A stretch of 64,000 bases of DNA from Alphaproteobacteria bacterium (lineage in GTDB: Bacteria; Pseudomonadota; Alphaproteobacteria; UBA828). This document shows, piece after piece, positions 28,757-37,798 of this stretch. Both the position numbers and the translations under genes were made by a program. A model generated the notes under the pieces. It made no database searches. It was not told where the DNA came from and saw only the letters and a list, made by a program, of their open reading frames with translations. Position 1 is the stretch's first letter; every line of letters starts with the position of its first letter. The stretch is from positions 3,424,001 to 3,488,000 of the forward strand of contig OZ243972.1 of assembly GCA_965214705.1 (NCBI GenBank), read 5' to 3'.

Positions 28757-29427
28757 CCCAAGCGAAAGGAGACATCATGAGAGACACTCGTGCCGGAGAA
28801 ACCGCAGGTTTCGGGCCTTCCGGCCTCCCTTCTTCCGGCCTCGCGACAGGCGGCGCCCGGCGATCGATACGGCGTTTCGGCGCCAGGCGCTGGCGGCGCG
28901 GCTTCAGCCTGTTCGGCGTGCTGCTCGGGCTCGGCCTCGCCGCCGTGGTGATCGTCGGCGCCGTCGGCACCTACAACGCGGCCCGGGAGGCCGCCAACCG
29001 GAGCGCCGCGCTGACGCTGCTGAGCCAACTCCGGGCCAACGTCGAGGCGGCCTTCGCCGGCGCACCGAGCTACGGCAACAATGCCGACCTGGTGCCGGCC
29101 ATCGACCGGCGCGGCGGCATCCCCGGCGGCGCCCGCGTGGCGGCCGGCAGCGGCGTCGAGATCCGCCATCCCTTCGGCGGGGAGGTTACGGTCACCGGCG
29201 GGCCGGGCGGGATCACCAACCGCTTCCGCATCACCTTCGAGGACGTGGACGACGCCATCTGCGCGGCGCTGGGCGACGCTTTCGCCGGGCGCAGCCGCGC
29301 CCGCGCCGGCCTCGTGCAGATGACGATCAACGGCACCGGGCTCGCCTCGCCCGTGACCAACGCCCAGGTCACCGCCAACTGCGACGACGGCGATGCCGAC
29401 AACGACATCGGGTTCACTTTCGGATGA
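28753..29427 (+). CDS. pilS: Type IVb major prepilin (PilS family)
   Basis: Long basic leader, 'RRG|FSLFGVLLGLGL', 'IRHPFGGEVTV', and a C-terminal Cys pair. Confidence 0.85.
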   Translation: MTQAKGDIMRDTRAGETAGFGPSGLPSSGLATGGARRSIRRFGARRWRRGFSLFGVLLGLGLAAVVIVGAVGTYNAAREAANRSAALTLLSQLRANVEAAFAGAPSYGNNADLVPAIDRRGGIPGGARVAAGSGVEIRHPFGGEVTVTGGPGGITNRFRITFEDVDDAICAALGDAFAGRSRARAGLVQMTINGTGLASPVTNAQVTANCDDGDADNDIGFTFG

Positions 29428-30782
29428 CGGCCGGAGGCCGAAGACCCTCGGGCTCGGGGTCGAAGGGCATGGATGCGCGGCAGCCGACGTCCAGGCGGAG
29501 ACCCGTGCCGGAGAAACAGCGCAGGCGCGGGGCGTACCAGGGCGTTCCCCTGTACCGGGGCGTTCCCCCGTTCCGGCTTATCCGCCTGCGCCTGATGAAG
29601 CTGAGGCCGCTCCCGTGGCGGGGCCGGGGCACGCGCGGTCGCGACCGGCGCGGTCGCGACCGGTGCGGCGCGGGCGCGCTACTCGGCGTGCTGCTGCTGG
29701 GAGCGCTGGCGGGCGCGGCGCTGGCAGTTCACTACGAGACGCGGGCGGCCGAACGTGTGCAGGCCCTCGACCGCGCCGCGGGCCGCGTGTTCGCAGGCTG
29801 GGTGCATGCGGCGCACCGGGCGACCCAGGCCCACGCCGACGCCTTCGAGACGGCGCTCGAGACCCAGGTGGGTATCGTGCTCACCGTGGCGCGGTTGAGC
29901 GCGCTGGGCGCGGCGCCGCCGGACCTGCCCGCGCGTCCGGGGCGCAACGCCGCCATGACGCTCGGGGTCATCCCGGACGGCACGTCCCGGCGGACTCCGA
30001 TGGCGTTCGGGGTGCTTGAGCCCGCCGCGTCGTCGCGCCCCACGGCGATGCGCGAGGGCGCGCTGGAAGCGGGCCTCGCGGCGGTGGCGCCCGGCGGGGG
30101 CGCGCTCATGGAGGGGCACAGGCCGGCGATCGAGGCGGCGCTCGGCCGGATCCTCGGCGCGGACGCCCTCTGGGTCACCTCGGACCGGGGAATTCGGTAC
30201 CGCGAGCGCGCGCTCCATCGCCGCGCGCAGCCGGGTCGGCCCTGGCTCAACCGCATGGAGACCACGCTGGAGATGGCCCCGCCCGGCGCCGCGGACCCGG
30301 CGCACCCCGCGCGGCGGAACATAACGGATGCGGGTGCGGTGGACGCAGTGTCGGCCGAGGCCGGGACCGACGTGGCCGCGGGCGGGGACGCAACGGCGGG
30401 CGGCCGCGCGGATGCGGCGGGGCTGAGGGCGGAGACGGTCGAGGCGGGCGATCTCGCGGCGTCCGCGTTCGCGGTGACCGCCGATCTCGTGGTGGGCGCC
30501 GCCGTCACCGGGCGCCTCGCGGCCGACCGGGTGACGGCGACCGGGCCTCTGGAGGCCGGCGCTGTTCGCAGCACGGGCGCGCTCGATGCGGCGGCGCTGT
30601 CGGTGGCCGGGGACGCGGCGGTCGAAGGGGCGGCGGGGGCACGGGCGGTTGCCAGCGAGACTCTCGACGTGACGCAGTCGCTGAGCGGATCGCGGACCGC
30701 AGCCGGCGGTGTCTACGGCCCCGACGCCACGATCTCCGGCCTGCTCACCGTCGGCAGCTGCGCCGGCTGCGAGGGGCAGTAG
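29424..30782 (+). CDS. PilV-like minor pilin/adhesin 1
   Basis: Hydrophobic N-terminal helix, 'LHRRAQPGRPWLNRMETTLEM' (PilV shufflon-N-like motif), A/G/T/V-rich beta repeats, C-terminal CAGC. Start uncertain. Confidence 0.65.
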   Translation: MTAGGRRPSGSGSKGMDARQPTSRRRPVPEKQRRRGAYQGVPLYRGVPPFRLIRLRLMKLRPLPWRGRGTRGRDRRGRDRCGAGALLGVLLLGALAGAALAVHYETRAAERVQALDRAAGRVFAGWVHAAHRATQAHADAFETALETQVGIVLTVARLSALGAAPPDLPARPGRNAAMTLGVIPDGTSRRTPMAFGVLEPAASSRPTAMREGALEAGLAAVAPGGGALMEGHRPAIEAALGRILGADALWVTSDRGIRYRERALHRRAQPGRPWLNRMETTLEMAPPGAADPAHPARRNITDAGAVDAVSAEAGTDVAAGGDATAGGRADAAGLRAETVEAGDLAASAFAVTADLVVGAAVTGRLAADRVTATGPLEAGAVRSTGALDAAALSVAGDAAVEGAAGARAVASETLDVTQSLSGSRTAAGGVYGPDATISGLLTVGSCAGCEGQ

Positions 30783-30785
30783 GCG

Positions 30786-31952
30786 ATGAGACGCGCCGCG
30801 GCAAGCACGCGCGACATCCGGGAATGGGCCTTGCGGCCCGGTCGGGGACGGAGCCTGCGGCTCACTCGCGGTCTCGGCCTCTTCGAGGGTCTGCTGGCGC
30901 TGGGGCTGCTCGGGCTGCTGGTGCTGGGGGCCACGGTGTTCTTCGAGACGCAGGCGCTGGAGAAGCGCGGGCGCCTCGCGGCGGTGCAGCTCTCGGTGCT
31001 GGCGGAAGCGGCCGCGTCGTACGCCCACAGCCGCTTCCCCGCCCTGCTGACGCAGGCGCAGGCGGGACCGTCGGAACTCGCGTTGGCGACGCTCAAGGCG
31101 GCGGGATCGCTCACGGACGATTTCTCCGAGGTCGATGCGCTCGGGCGCGCCTACCGGGTGCTGATGCTGGCGGCCGGGCCGGACGCCTTCGACCTGCTGG
31201 CGACGGAGACCGTGGATGCCGGCGACACCGTGCGCCCGGCGGCTGCGCTGCTGGAGGCGGCGGGGCCTCGCGTGGGCCTCGCCGGCCCCTCGCGACTCTC
31301 GGGACCAACGGTGGACGCCGATCTCGCGGCCTTCCGGGCGGCCTTTTCCGGAGCGCCCGTGGAGGGGGCGCTGGCGGCGCTCAGGCGCTTCGACCACGGC
31401 AGCGTCTACGGCGATGCGCTCTACCGCGTCGCGATCCCCGGCTTCGCCGAGGCCAACCGCATGGAGGCCGATCTCGACATGGCGGGCAACGCCATCGAGG
31501 GCGCGGGCACGATCGAGGCGGCGAGCCTGGACGTGGAGAGGGATCTCACTGCGGGCGGCGATTTCACGGTGACCGGCGATCTCGTCGTGGGCCGCGCCGT
31601 GCGCGCCTCGGGCACGGTCGAGGCGGGAGGGGCGATGACGGCCGCGGCGGCGCGCATATCGGGGCCGGCCTCGGCGGCGTCGATGACGGTCACGGGCGCG
31701 GTGCGTGCGCAGACCGTGGAGGCGGTGAACCGGGTCGAGGCCGCGTCCATCGGCGCCGCCGGCGCGGTGGCCGCCGGCAGCGCGCGGCTGGGCGGCCTCG
31801 ACGCCCGGTCGGTGACCGCCCGGACGATGACAGCGGATTCGGTCGCCGCCGCCTCCGTCACGGCCACGCGGGTGCAGGCGGGCACGCGGCTCGATGCGGT
31901 CGACGCCGGCATTTCGCGCTTGGTCGTCGGGCGCTGCCAGGGGTGCCGGTGA
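30786..31952 (+). CDS. pilV: PilV-like minor pilin/adhesin 2
   Basis: 'RG|LGLFEGLLALGLL' with E5, 'LYRVAIPGFAEANRMEADLDMAGNAI' (typical PilV constant region), C-terminal CQGC. Confidence 0.8.
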   Translation: MRRAAASTRDIREWALRPGRGRSLRLTRGLGLFEGLLALGLLGLLVLGATVFFETQALEKRGRLAAVQLSVLAEAAASYAHSRFPALLTQAQAGPSELALATLKAAGSLTDDFSEVDALGRAYRVLMLAAGPDAFDLLATETVDAGDTVRPAAALLEAAGPRVGLAGPSRLSGPTVDADLAAFRAAFSGAPVEGALAALRRFDHGSVYGDALYRVAIPGFAEANRMEADLDMAGNAIEGAGTIEAASLDVERDLTAGGDFTVTGDLVVGRAVRASGTVEAGGAMTAAAARISGPASAASMTVTGAVRAQTVEAVNRVEAASIGAAGAVAAGSARLGGLDARSVTARTMTADSVAAASVTATRVQAGTRLDAVDAGISRLVVGRCQGCR

Positions 31953-32338
31953 TGCGGGGGCCGGCAAGGAAGAGGAAGGGCGGGGCCGCGATGGCGTTGG
32001 CGGCGGCGCTTGTCCTGGTTTCGGCGATGCCGGTCCCGGCAGGGGCGGGCGACGAGGAAGCGTGGGACGCCGAACGCGCTTTCGTCGAGATGGAGCGGCT
32101 GCAGACGGAGATCGGGCTGCTGCGCGCCCTGGCCGGCGCGCAGGCGGCGCTGCTGGCATGGACACTCGTGCCGGAGAACCGCGAGCGGTCGGAGAGCGGC
32201 GGCGCCCTGGAGGTGCTGGCGCCGCATCTCTGCATCGAGGAGGCGCTGCGGCCCTGGTGCCGTGCGCTGCCGGCCACCTTCGGCGCGGAAGCGGCAATGG
32301 CGGCGGACGACGCAAACGGGAAGGACGGGGGACGATGA
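31952..32338 (+). CDS. Small hypothetical exported protein
   Basis: TGATG and ATGA coupling, signal peptide, short coiled coil and a Cys pair. Confidence 0.6.
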   Translation: MRGPARKRKGGAAMALAAALVLVSAMPVPAGAGDEEAWDAERAFVEMERLQTEIGLLRALAGAQAALLAWTLVPENRERSESGGALEVLAPHLCIEEALRPWCRALPATFGAEAAMAADDANGKDGGR

Positions 32339-33633
32339 CGGATACGGTTCTGGCGGGCGCCGTGCTCGTGGCGATGGCGGCGCTGGCCGTCCACGACGCG
32401 CGGCGCGCCCTGGTCGACCCGCGCATGGTCCTGGCGCTGCTCGGAGCGGCGGCGGCGTGGCGCTTCGGCGGCGGCGGACCGGAAGGGGACGGCACCTGGC
32501 CGCGTCTGGCGAGTGGCGTGCTGGGGGCGGCGCTCGGCGTTGCCGCCGTGATGATTCCCATCGCCCTCGCCGCCTGGTGCGGGCGGCGCTGGCCGCTCTA
32601 TCCGGGCGACGCGATGCTGCTGGGGGCCGTGGGGTTCCTGCTGGGGCCGCTCGGCCTCGCCTGGGCCATGGCGCTGGGCGCCGGCGCGGGGCTGCTCTAC
32701 CGCTTCTGCGTGCAGCGCAAGCGCGGCCGGCCCTTCCGCAAGGGGCTGGTGCCGCTGGGTCCCGGCATGTGCGCGGGCGCGGCCGCCGTGTTCCTGTGCA
32801 TGAACTTCGGCGTCGCCCTGGCGGGGAACACTGGTGCCGGAGACCCTCGGGCCGAAGACCCTCGGGCCGAAGACGGCGTGACGATCGCTCCCCTGACACC
32901 CCCGGCCGCGGAACGATCGGCGCAATCGGCGCTTCCGGCGACCGAGCTTGGGCCGGCGCTGGGTTCCCTTCCGGCGGCGCTGGCCGCGCGGGAGATCTCC
33001 GTCGAGTGGGACGGGCGGGTCCCCTTTCCGGCGCTGGTGCGGCGTCTCTCGACGCTTGCCGGCACGGCGATACGGATCGAGGAGCGCCCGGCACGCATCG
33101 AGGACGGGGCGGCGGTGCTTGCCGATCCACCCGCGCTGCGCCTCGCCTGGCAGGGACCGCTCGCCGGCCTCCTCGACCGGGTGGCCGCGCTCAGCGGTTA
33201 CGCCTGGTCCTGGGAGACGCTCGCGCCGGAGACCCTCGTGCCGGAGACACTCGTGCCGGAGAACGGCGCCGTGGTGTTCTTCCGCTACTGGGACGTCGCG
33301 CAGCACGGCCCGGAGCACGGCGGCGAAACCGGCGATGCCGAGGATGGCGATGGCGGCGCGCCGGAAACCGGCGGCGGCTGGACCGTCGATCCGGACGAGC
33401 ACCGCACGCTGAGGGGCGTGCTGGAGGCGTGGGCGGCGCGTGCCGACTGGACGCTGGTCTGGAAGGCGCGCGAGGACTACGGCCTGGGCGCCGCGGCAGT
33501 GTTCGAGGGCGCCTTCCTGGAGGCCGCCGACGTCCTGCTCAGCGGCCCCGCCACGCGCCGGACATTGGACGTCCGCGCCTATGCGGCAAACCGCCACCTG
33601 GTGGTGGACGACGCCGACGGGGCGGGCTGGTGA
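32335..33633 (+). CDS. Prepilin peptidase (A24) fused to a PilL/TcpQ-like domain
   Basis: TM N-terminal half with the catalytic Asp motifs 'AVHDARR' and 'PGDAMLL' plus 'VPLGPGM'. C-terminal 'TLRGVLEAWAARADWTLVW...DY' is TcpQ-like. Confidence 0.75.
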   Translation: MTDTVLAGAVLVAMAALAVHDARRALVDPRMVLALLGAAAAWRFGGGGPEGDGTWPRLASGVLGAALGVAAVMIPIALAAWCGRRWPLYPGDAMLLGAVGFLLGPLGLAWAMALGAGAGLLYRFCVQRKRGRPFRKGLVPLGPGMCAGAAAVFLCMNFGVALAGNTGAGDPRAEDPRAEDGVTIAPLTPPAAERSAQSALPATELGPALGSLPAALAAREISVEWDGRVPFPALVRRLSTLAGTAIRIEERPARIEDGAAVLADPPALRLAWQGPLAGLLDRVAALSGYAWSWETLAPETLVPETLVPENGAVVFFRYWDVAQHGPEHGGETGDAEDGDGGAPETGGGWTVDPDEHRTLRGVLEAWAARADWTLVWKAREDYGLGAAAVFEGAFLEAADVLLSGPATRRTLDVRAYAANRHLVVDDADGAGW

Positions 33634-34163
33634 GCGCGCCGCGCATCATGGCCCTGCTGCGGGCGGCCGCGCTCCCGGTCCTGCTCGCGGGTCCGCTTGC
33701 TGGGTGCGTGTCTTGGACGCCGGAAGCGCCGACGACGGTTGCGCCCGTGCGGACCGATCCCGTGGAGATCCGCCTGGTCGAGGCCGTCGAGCGCGCCGAG
33801 CGGGCGCTGGCTTCGCTCGCCCGGACGGTGCCGGCAACGGATCCGGAGGCGAGGCTGCCGGACGCACGGTCCGTGCCCGCCGCGCTGCGCACGCCCGTGA
33901 CGCTGGACTGGACCGGACCTGTGGACGCGCTGGCGGAGGAGTTCGCGCGGCGGGCGGGCTACCGTTTCGCGGAAGCCGGCCGTCCGCCGGCGCGGCCCCT
34001 GATCGTGTCCGTCGAGGTGGTCGCGCAACCGCTGATCGCGGTGCTCCGCGACGCGGGCCTGCGCGTGGGCGCCGCCGCCACGCTCACCGTCGATGCGGAG
34101 CGGCGGACGATCCTGCTCGACTGGGCCGCGCCGCCGGCGCTCACGCCGGAGAGGGACCGGTGA
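33630..34163 (+). CDS. dotD: DotD/TraH family lipoprotein
   Basis: Lipobox 'LAGC', 'VTLDWTGPVDALAEEFARRAGYRF', and dotD-dotC-dotB order. Confidence 0.85.
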   Translation: MSAPRIMALLRAAALPVLLAGPLAGCVSWTPEAPTTVAPVRTDPVEIRLVEAVERAERALASLARTVPATDPEARLPDARSVPAALRTPVTLDWTGPVDALAEEFARRAGYRFAEAGRPPARPLIVSVEVVAQPLIAVLRDAGLRVGAAATLTVDAERRTILLDWAAPPALTPERDR

Positions 34164-34990
34164 TGCGCATCCCGTGCGTCCTGGCCGTCGCGGCGCTCGG
34201 CATCGCGCTCGCGCCCCTCCCCGTTCCGGCCACGGAACCGCCGCCGAGCCTCGCGGCGCTGCAGGCGTTCGCACCGGAGCCCGGACCGGACGTGCCCTTC
34301 GCGGCGGAGAAACGCGCGTCGGCTGTCCGCCTTGCGGCGCTCGGGTTCGGCGCACGCGCGGGCCTCGCGCGGCGCACGTGGGAGATCGCCGCCATGCTGG
34401 ACCGGCACGGCCCAAAAATCTCCGCGATCTACCGCTTCGGCGATCTCGTGCTGCACGAGGACGGGTTCACGGTGCTGCCGCCGGTACTCGCGGAGACCCG
34501 CCGCGCCTTCCGGCTGGAACCGGCCGGCACGCGCGCGGCGAGCGCCCGGCGGGTGCTCAGGATTCTGGAGCCGGCGCGGCTGGTGAGCGCGGCGCCGGAC
34601 TGGCGCGACTGGCTGGAGCGTTCCTGGCTCCCGGCCGAGCCGCCCGCCTCAGTGCTGTTCCCGCGCGACTCGCGGGAGGACGCCCGCTGGCGGCGCCTGC
34701 TGGCCGAAGGCTGGGCCAAGGGCGTGGCCCTGGCCGACGACATTTTTGCCAGCGACCTCGACCGCCTCAACCGCACGTTCGAAGGGGTGGTTCTCTGGCA
34801 CAGGCTCAACCGCGCCGCGATGCTGACCGCGCCCGGCATCGAGGTGGAATGGGCCGGCGTTTCCGGCCACGAGAGCCTGATGCGGATCGGCGCGGCTTCG
34901 GCCCGCATCGACCGCGCCGCCCGCTTCGAACTGGACGCCGGCCGCTGGACGCCCCCGGCGGGACCCTCGGGCCGTGGAGGAGTCCGATGA
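34163..34990 (+). CDS. dotC: DotC/TraI family protein
   Basis: 'AALGFGARAGL...IYRFGDL...VLPPVL...PARLVSAAPDWRDWL...GWAKGVALADDIF'. Confidence 0.85.
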   Translation: MRIPCVLAVAALGIALAPLPVPATEPPPSLAALQAFAPEPGPDVPFAAEKRASAVRLAALGFGARAGLARRTWEIAAMLDRHGPKISAIYRFGDLVLHEDGFTVLPPVLAETRRAFRLEPAGTRAASARRVLRILEPARLVSAAPDWRDWLERSWLPAEPPASVLFPRDSREDARWRRLLAEGWAKGVALADDIFASDLDRLNRTFEGVVLWHRLNRAAMLTAPGIEVEWAGVSGHESLMRIGAASARIDRAARFELDAGRWTPPAGPSGRGGVR

Positions 34991-36135
34991 GCGCGCATCT
35001 CCATGAGAGGTGGCCCGAGGCTGGACACGGCTTCCCGGCGGAGAGGCTCGACGAATTCCTGCTCTGGGCCGCCGATCGCGGCGCTTCCGACATCGCCTTC
35101 CAGACCGGCTCTCCGGCCTTCGTCGAGATCGACGGCAATCTGCGGCGAGCGACTGCCGCCACGCTGGACGGCGTGGTCATGGGCAGACTCTGCGAGCGCC
35201 TCTACGACGCCACCGGCGAGGGCATCCTGCGCTCGGGCCGCGCCATCGACTGCTCGCACTCGATCGGGCTTGGCCGCGGTCTCACCCGGCGCTTCCGCTG
35301 CAACCTCGCCCCCGTCCAGGGCGCGGCCGGGTTCGCGGTCAACATCACGCTCAGGGTGCTTCCCGGCAGGCCCCCCACGTTCGCGGAACTGGGTATCGAG
35401 GACGGGATCGTGCGCTCGTGGGAGCTCTGCAAGGGGCTCGTCCTGGTCACCGGCGTGCCGGGCTCGGGCAAGTCCACGCTGCTCGCCGCCGGGACGCGCC
35501 ACCTGCTGGAGCGGGGCGCGGGCCGCATCCAGTCCTACGAGGCGCCCATCGAGTACGTCTTCGACGGCATCGCCGCGGACGCGGCGCTGATGTCGTCCGC
35601 CGAGATCCCCCGCCACTTCCCGAGCTTCGCGGACGGGCTGCGGTCAAGCCTGCGGCGGCGGCCTTCGGCCGTGATCGTGGGCGAGGCGCGCGACCGGGAG
35701 ACGGTCGAGGCGGTGGTGAAGGCGGCCGATTACGGCATCGCGGTGTTCTCCACCGCCCACACCATCGGCGTGGCGGCGACGGTGCGCCGCATGCTGGCCG
35801 AGTTCCCCGCGCACGAGCGGGCGGAGCGGGGCGCCGCGCTGATCGACGCCATGACGCTGGTGGTGACGCAGGTGCTGCTTCCCAACCCGCATGGCGGGCG
35901 CACGGCGCTACGCGAGTGGCTTGCCTTCGACGCAGGGCTCAAGGCGGCCCTGCTGGAGAGTCCGCAGGCCGCCTGGCCTGCGACGATCGCGGCGGCGCTG
36001 GCGGAGACCGGCAACGACCTCGCGGCTACCTCGCGGCACGCCCGCCGAGCTGGGCTGATCGAGGACGAGGGGCTCAGACGGATTCTCGCCGGGGGCGAGT
36101 CGCCGGAGATGACCGCAGGAGATGCAGGGGCATGA
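34987..36135 (+). CDS. dotB: DotB/TraJ family ATPase
   Basis: 'ASDIAFQTG', Walker A 'GVPGSGKST', 'YEAPIEYVFD', 'LRRRPSAVIVGEARDRET'. Confidence 0.9.
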   Translation: MSAHLHERWPEAGHGFPAERLDEFLLWAADRGASDIAFQTGSPAFVEIDGNLRRATAATLDGVVMGRLCERLYDATGEGILRSGRAIDCSHSIGLGRGLTRRFRCNLAPVQGAAGFAVNITLRVLPGRPPTFAELGIEDGIVRSWELCKGLVLVTGVPGSGKSTLLAAGTRHLLERGAGRIQSYEAPIEYVFDGIAADAALMSSAEIPRHFPSFADGLRSSLRRRPSAVIVGEARDRETVEAVVKAADYGIAVFSTAHTIGVAATVRRMLAEFPAHERAERGAALIDAMTLVVTQVLLPNPHGGRTALREWLAFDAGLKAALLESPQAAWPATIAAALAETGNDLAATSRHARRAGLIEDEGLRRILAGGESPEMTAGDAGA

Positions 36136-36150
36136 AGGAGAGAGACCGCG

Positions 36151-36441
36151 ATGGAGGCATCGGAGGCGCCGGGGAATTCTCCAGTGGCGTGGCGCGACTC
36201 GATGCGCCCGGTCAGGGCGTGGGCGTTCGACGCGCGCCTGCTGATCCTGGCGCTGCCTTGGCTGTTCCTGCCGACCTGGTGGACGACGGCGCTGGTCGCG
36301 GCGGCGATGCTGGCCTGCCGCGCGGCAGAGGCGCGGGGCTACCGGCTCGCTGCGGCCGTGCGCGCCCTGCGCAGCCTGAGCGCGGGAAGGCGCCGGGCGC
36401 TCCACGCCGCCCGTCTGCGCCGCTTCACGGATTTCGGATGA
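36151..36441 (+). CDS. icmT: IcmT/TraK family protein
   Basis: 'WRDSMRPVRAWAFDAR' N-terminal motif, small membrane protein directly after dotB. Confidence 0.8.
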   Translation: MEASEAPGNSPVAWRDSMRPVRAWAFDARLLILALPWLFLPTWWTTALVAAAMLACRAAEARGYRLAAAVRALRSLSAGRRRALHAARLRRFTDFG

Positions 36442-36899
36442 CGGGCGCGGCGCTGGCGATCGCGCTGCTCGCGCTGTGGGCGGGTCAGACCGAGGCCGGG
36501 TTCCGTTACCTGCCGCCCGAGGCGGAGGAGACCGCGCCGGGAAAGGCGGATATCGGGGCTCCGCCCGGTCCCGGCCCGGCGGTCTCGGACCCGGGGGTCT
36601 CCGGCACCAGGGTCTCCGGCGCGAGCGTCTGGCGGGTGCGCGAGGGCGAGATGCTGCGCGCGGTGCTGGCGCGCTGGGCGGAGCGGGCCGGCACGGACGT
36701 CGTGTTTCTGACCGACCGCCGCTACCGGCTGGACGGCGATGCGGCGTTCGAGGGCGGGTTCGCGGATGCGGCGCAGGCGCTGTTCCGAAGTCTGTCGCAT
36801 CTCCCGCACGCACCGGTGGCCGCACGATCCGAAGGCGGGACGACGCTCGTCGTGAGGCACCGGATGCCGGGCTTCCACGGAACGGAGGCGGTTCCATGA
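36438..36899 (+). CDS. TcpQ-domain exported protein
   Basis: 'WRVREGEMLRAVLARWAERAG...Y...FEGGF..A...LF'. ATGA overlaps on both sides. Confidence 0.7.
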   Translation: MTGAALAIALLALWAGQTEAGFRYLPPEAEETAPGKADIGAPPGPGPAVSDPGVSGTRVSGASVWRVREGEMLRAVLARWAERAGTDVVFLTDRRYRLDGDAAFEGGFADAAQALFRSLSHLPHAPVAARSEGGTTLVVRHRMPGFHGTEAVP

Positions 36900-37798
36900 A
36901 ACGGACATCGGGGCAACTCGTGGCGGCGGCGATGCTGGCCCTGTGCCTGGCGGCGACGGTGCCGCTGGGGACGGAAGCCGGCGAGCCGGACTTGGGGCAC
37001 GAGGCTCTCCGGGCCGAGGGTCTGGTCTCGGCGCTACGGGCCAATGGTGCGGGGGTTCTCCCGCTGGGTGTGCGCGGCGGGCTCGACGGCTTTTTCGTCA
37101 CGCCGGCCAGGGGTGCGGGCTACAGCCTGTACGTCACGGAAGATGGCCATGCGGTTGCAGGCCTGCTCTACGGGCCGGACGGAACGGAGATTACCGGCGC
37201 GCAGCTCGCCGCGGCGCGGCGGCCGGCGGCGGATTTGGCGCAAGGCGCCGGTGGCACGACGCCGGAGACACTCGTGCCGGAGACGGCGGCGCCGGCGATG
37301 ACCGCCCATGCGACGCCGGACACCGGCGGACCGGCGTTCTCCTCGCCCTCCCGGACGGGTCTGTTCGAGCGGAGTGCCGCCGCCTTCGGCTTCACCCTTG
37401 GCGAGCGCGGCCCCCTGGCGGTACTGCTCGGGGACCCCACGTGCTCGTTCTCGCGCTCGGCGGCGGCCAGGCTCGGCCGCGCGGCTCTGGACGGGCGCCT
37501 GCAATTGCGGGTGGTGCCCGTGGCGGTCCTCGGCGCCGACGCCGCGCGCCGCGCTGTCGCCATCGCCGCGCATCCCGAGCCGGCTCGCGCGTGGTTCGAG
37601 GGCAGCGGCGTGGCGCACCCTCGTGCCGCAGATCGCGCTTTCGCCGAACGGATCGCCCGCAACAACGCCCTCTTCGGCGCCTGGGGCGCGACCGCCGTGC
37701 CGCTTATCGCCTGGCAGACGCGCGACGGTGCGGTGGAACACCGGATCGGCGACATCGACGACGTGGACGCCTGGCTCCGGGAGACGGGCCTTGAGTAG
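36896..37798 (+). CDS. DsbG/DsbC-like thioredoxin-fold protein with a CxxS site
   Basis: 'LYVTEDGHAVAGLLY', 'GDPTCSFS', 'LRVVPVAVLG', 'GATAVP'. Confidence 0.7.
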   Translation: MKRTSGQLVAAAMLALCLAATVPLGTEAGEPDLGHEALRAEGLVSALRANGAGVLPLGVRGGLDGFFVTPARGAGYSLYVTEDGHAVAGLLYGPDGTEITGAQLAAARRPAADLAQGAGGTTPETLVPETAAPAMTAHATPDTGGPAFSSPSRTGLFERSAAAFGFTLGERGPLAVLLGDPTCSFSRSAAARLGRAALDGRLQLRVVPVAVLGADAARRAVAIAAHPEPARAWFEGSGVAHPRAADRAFAERIARNNALFGAWGATAVPLIAWQTRDGAVEHRIGDIDDVDAWLRETGLE

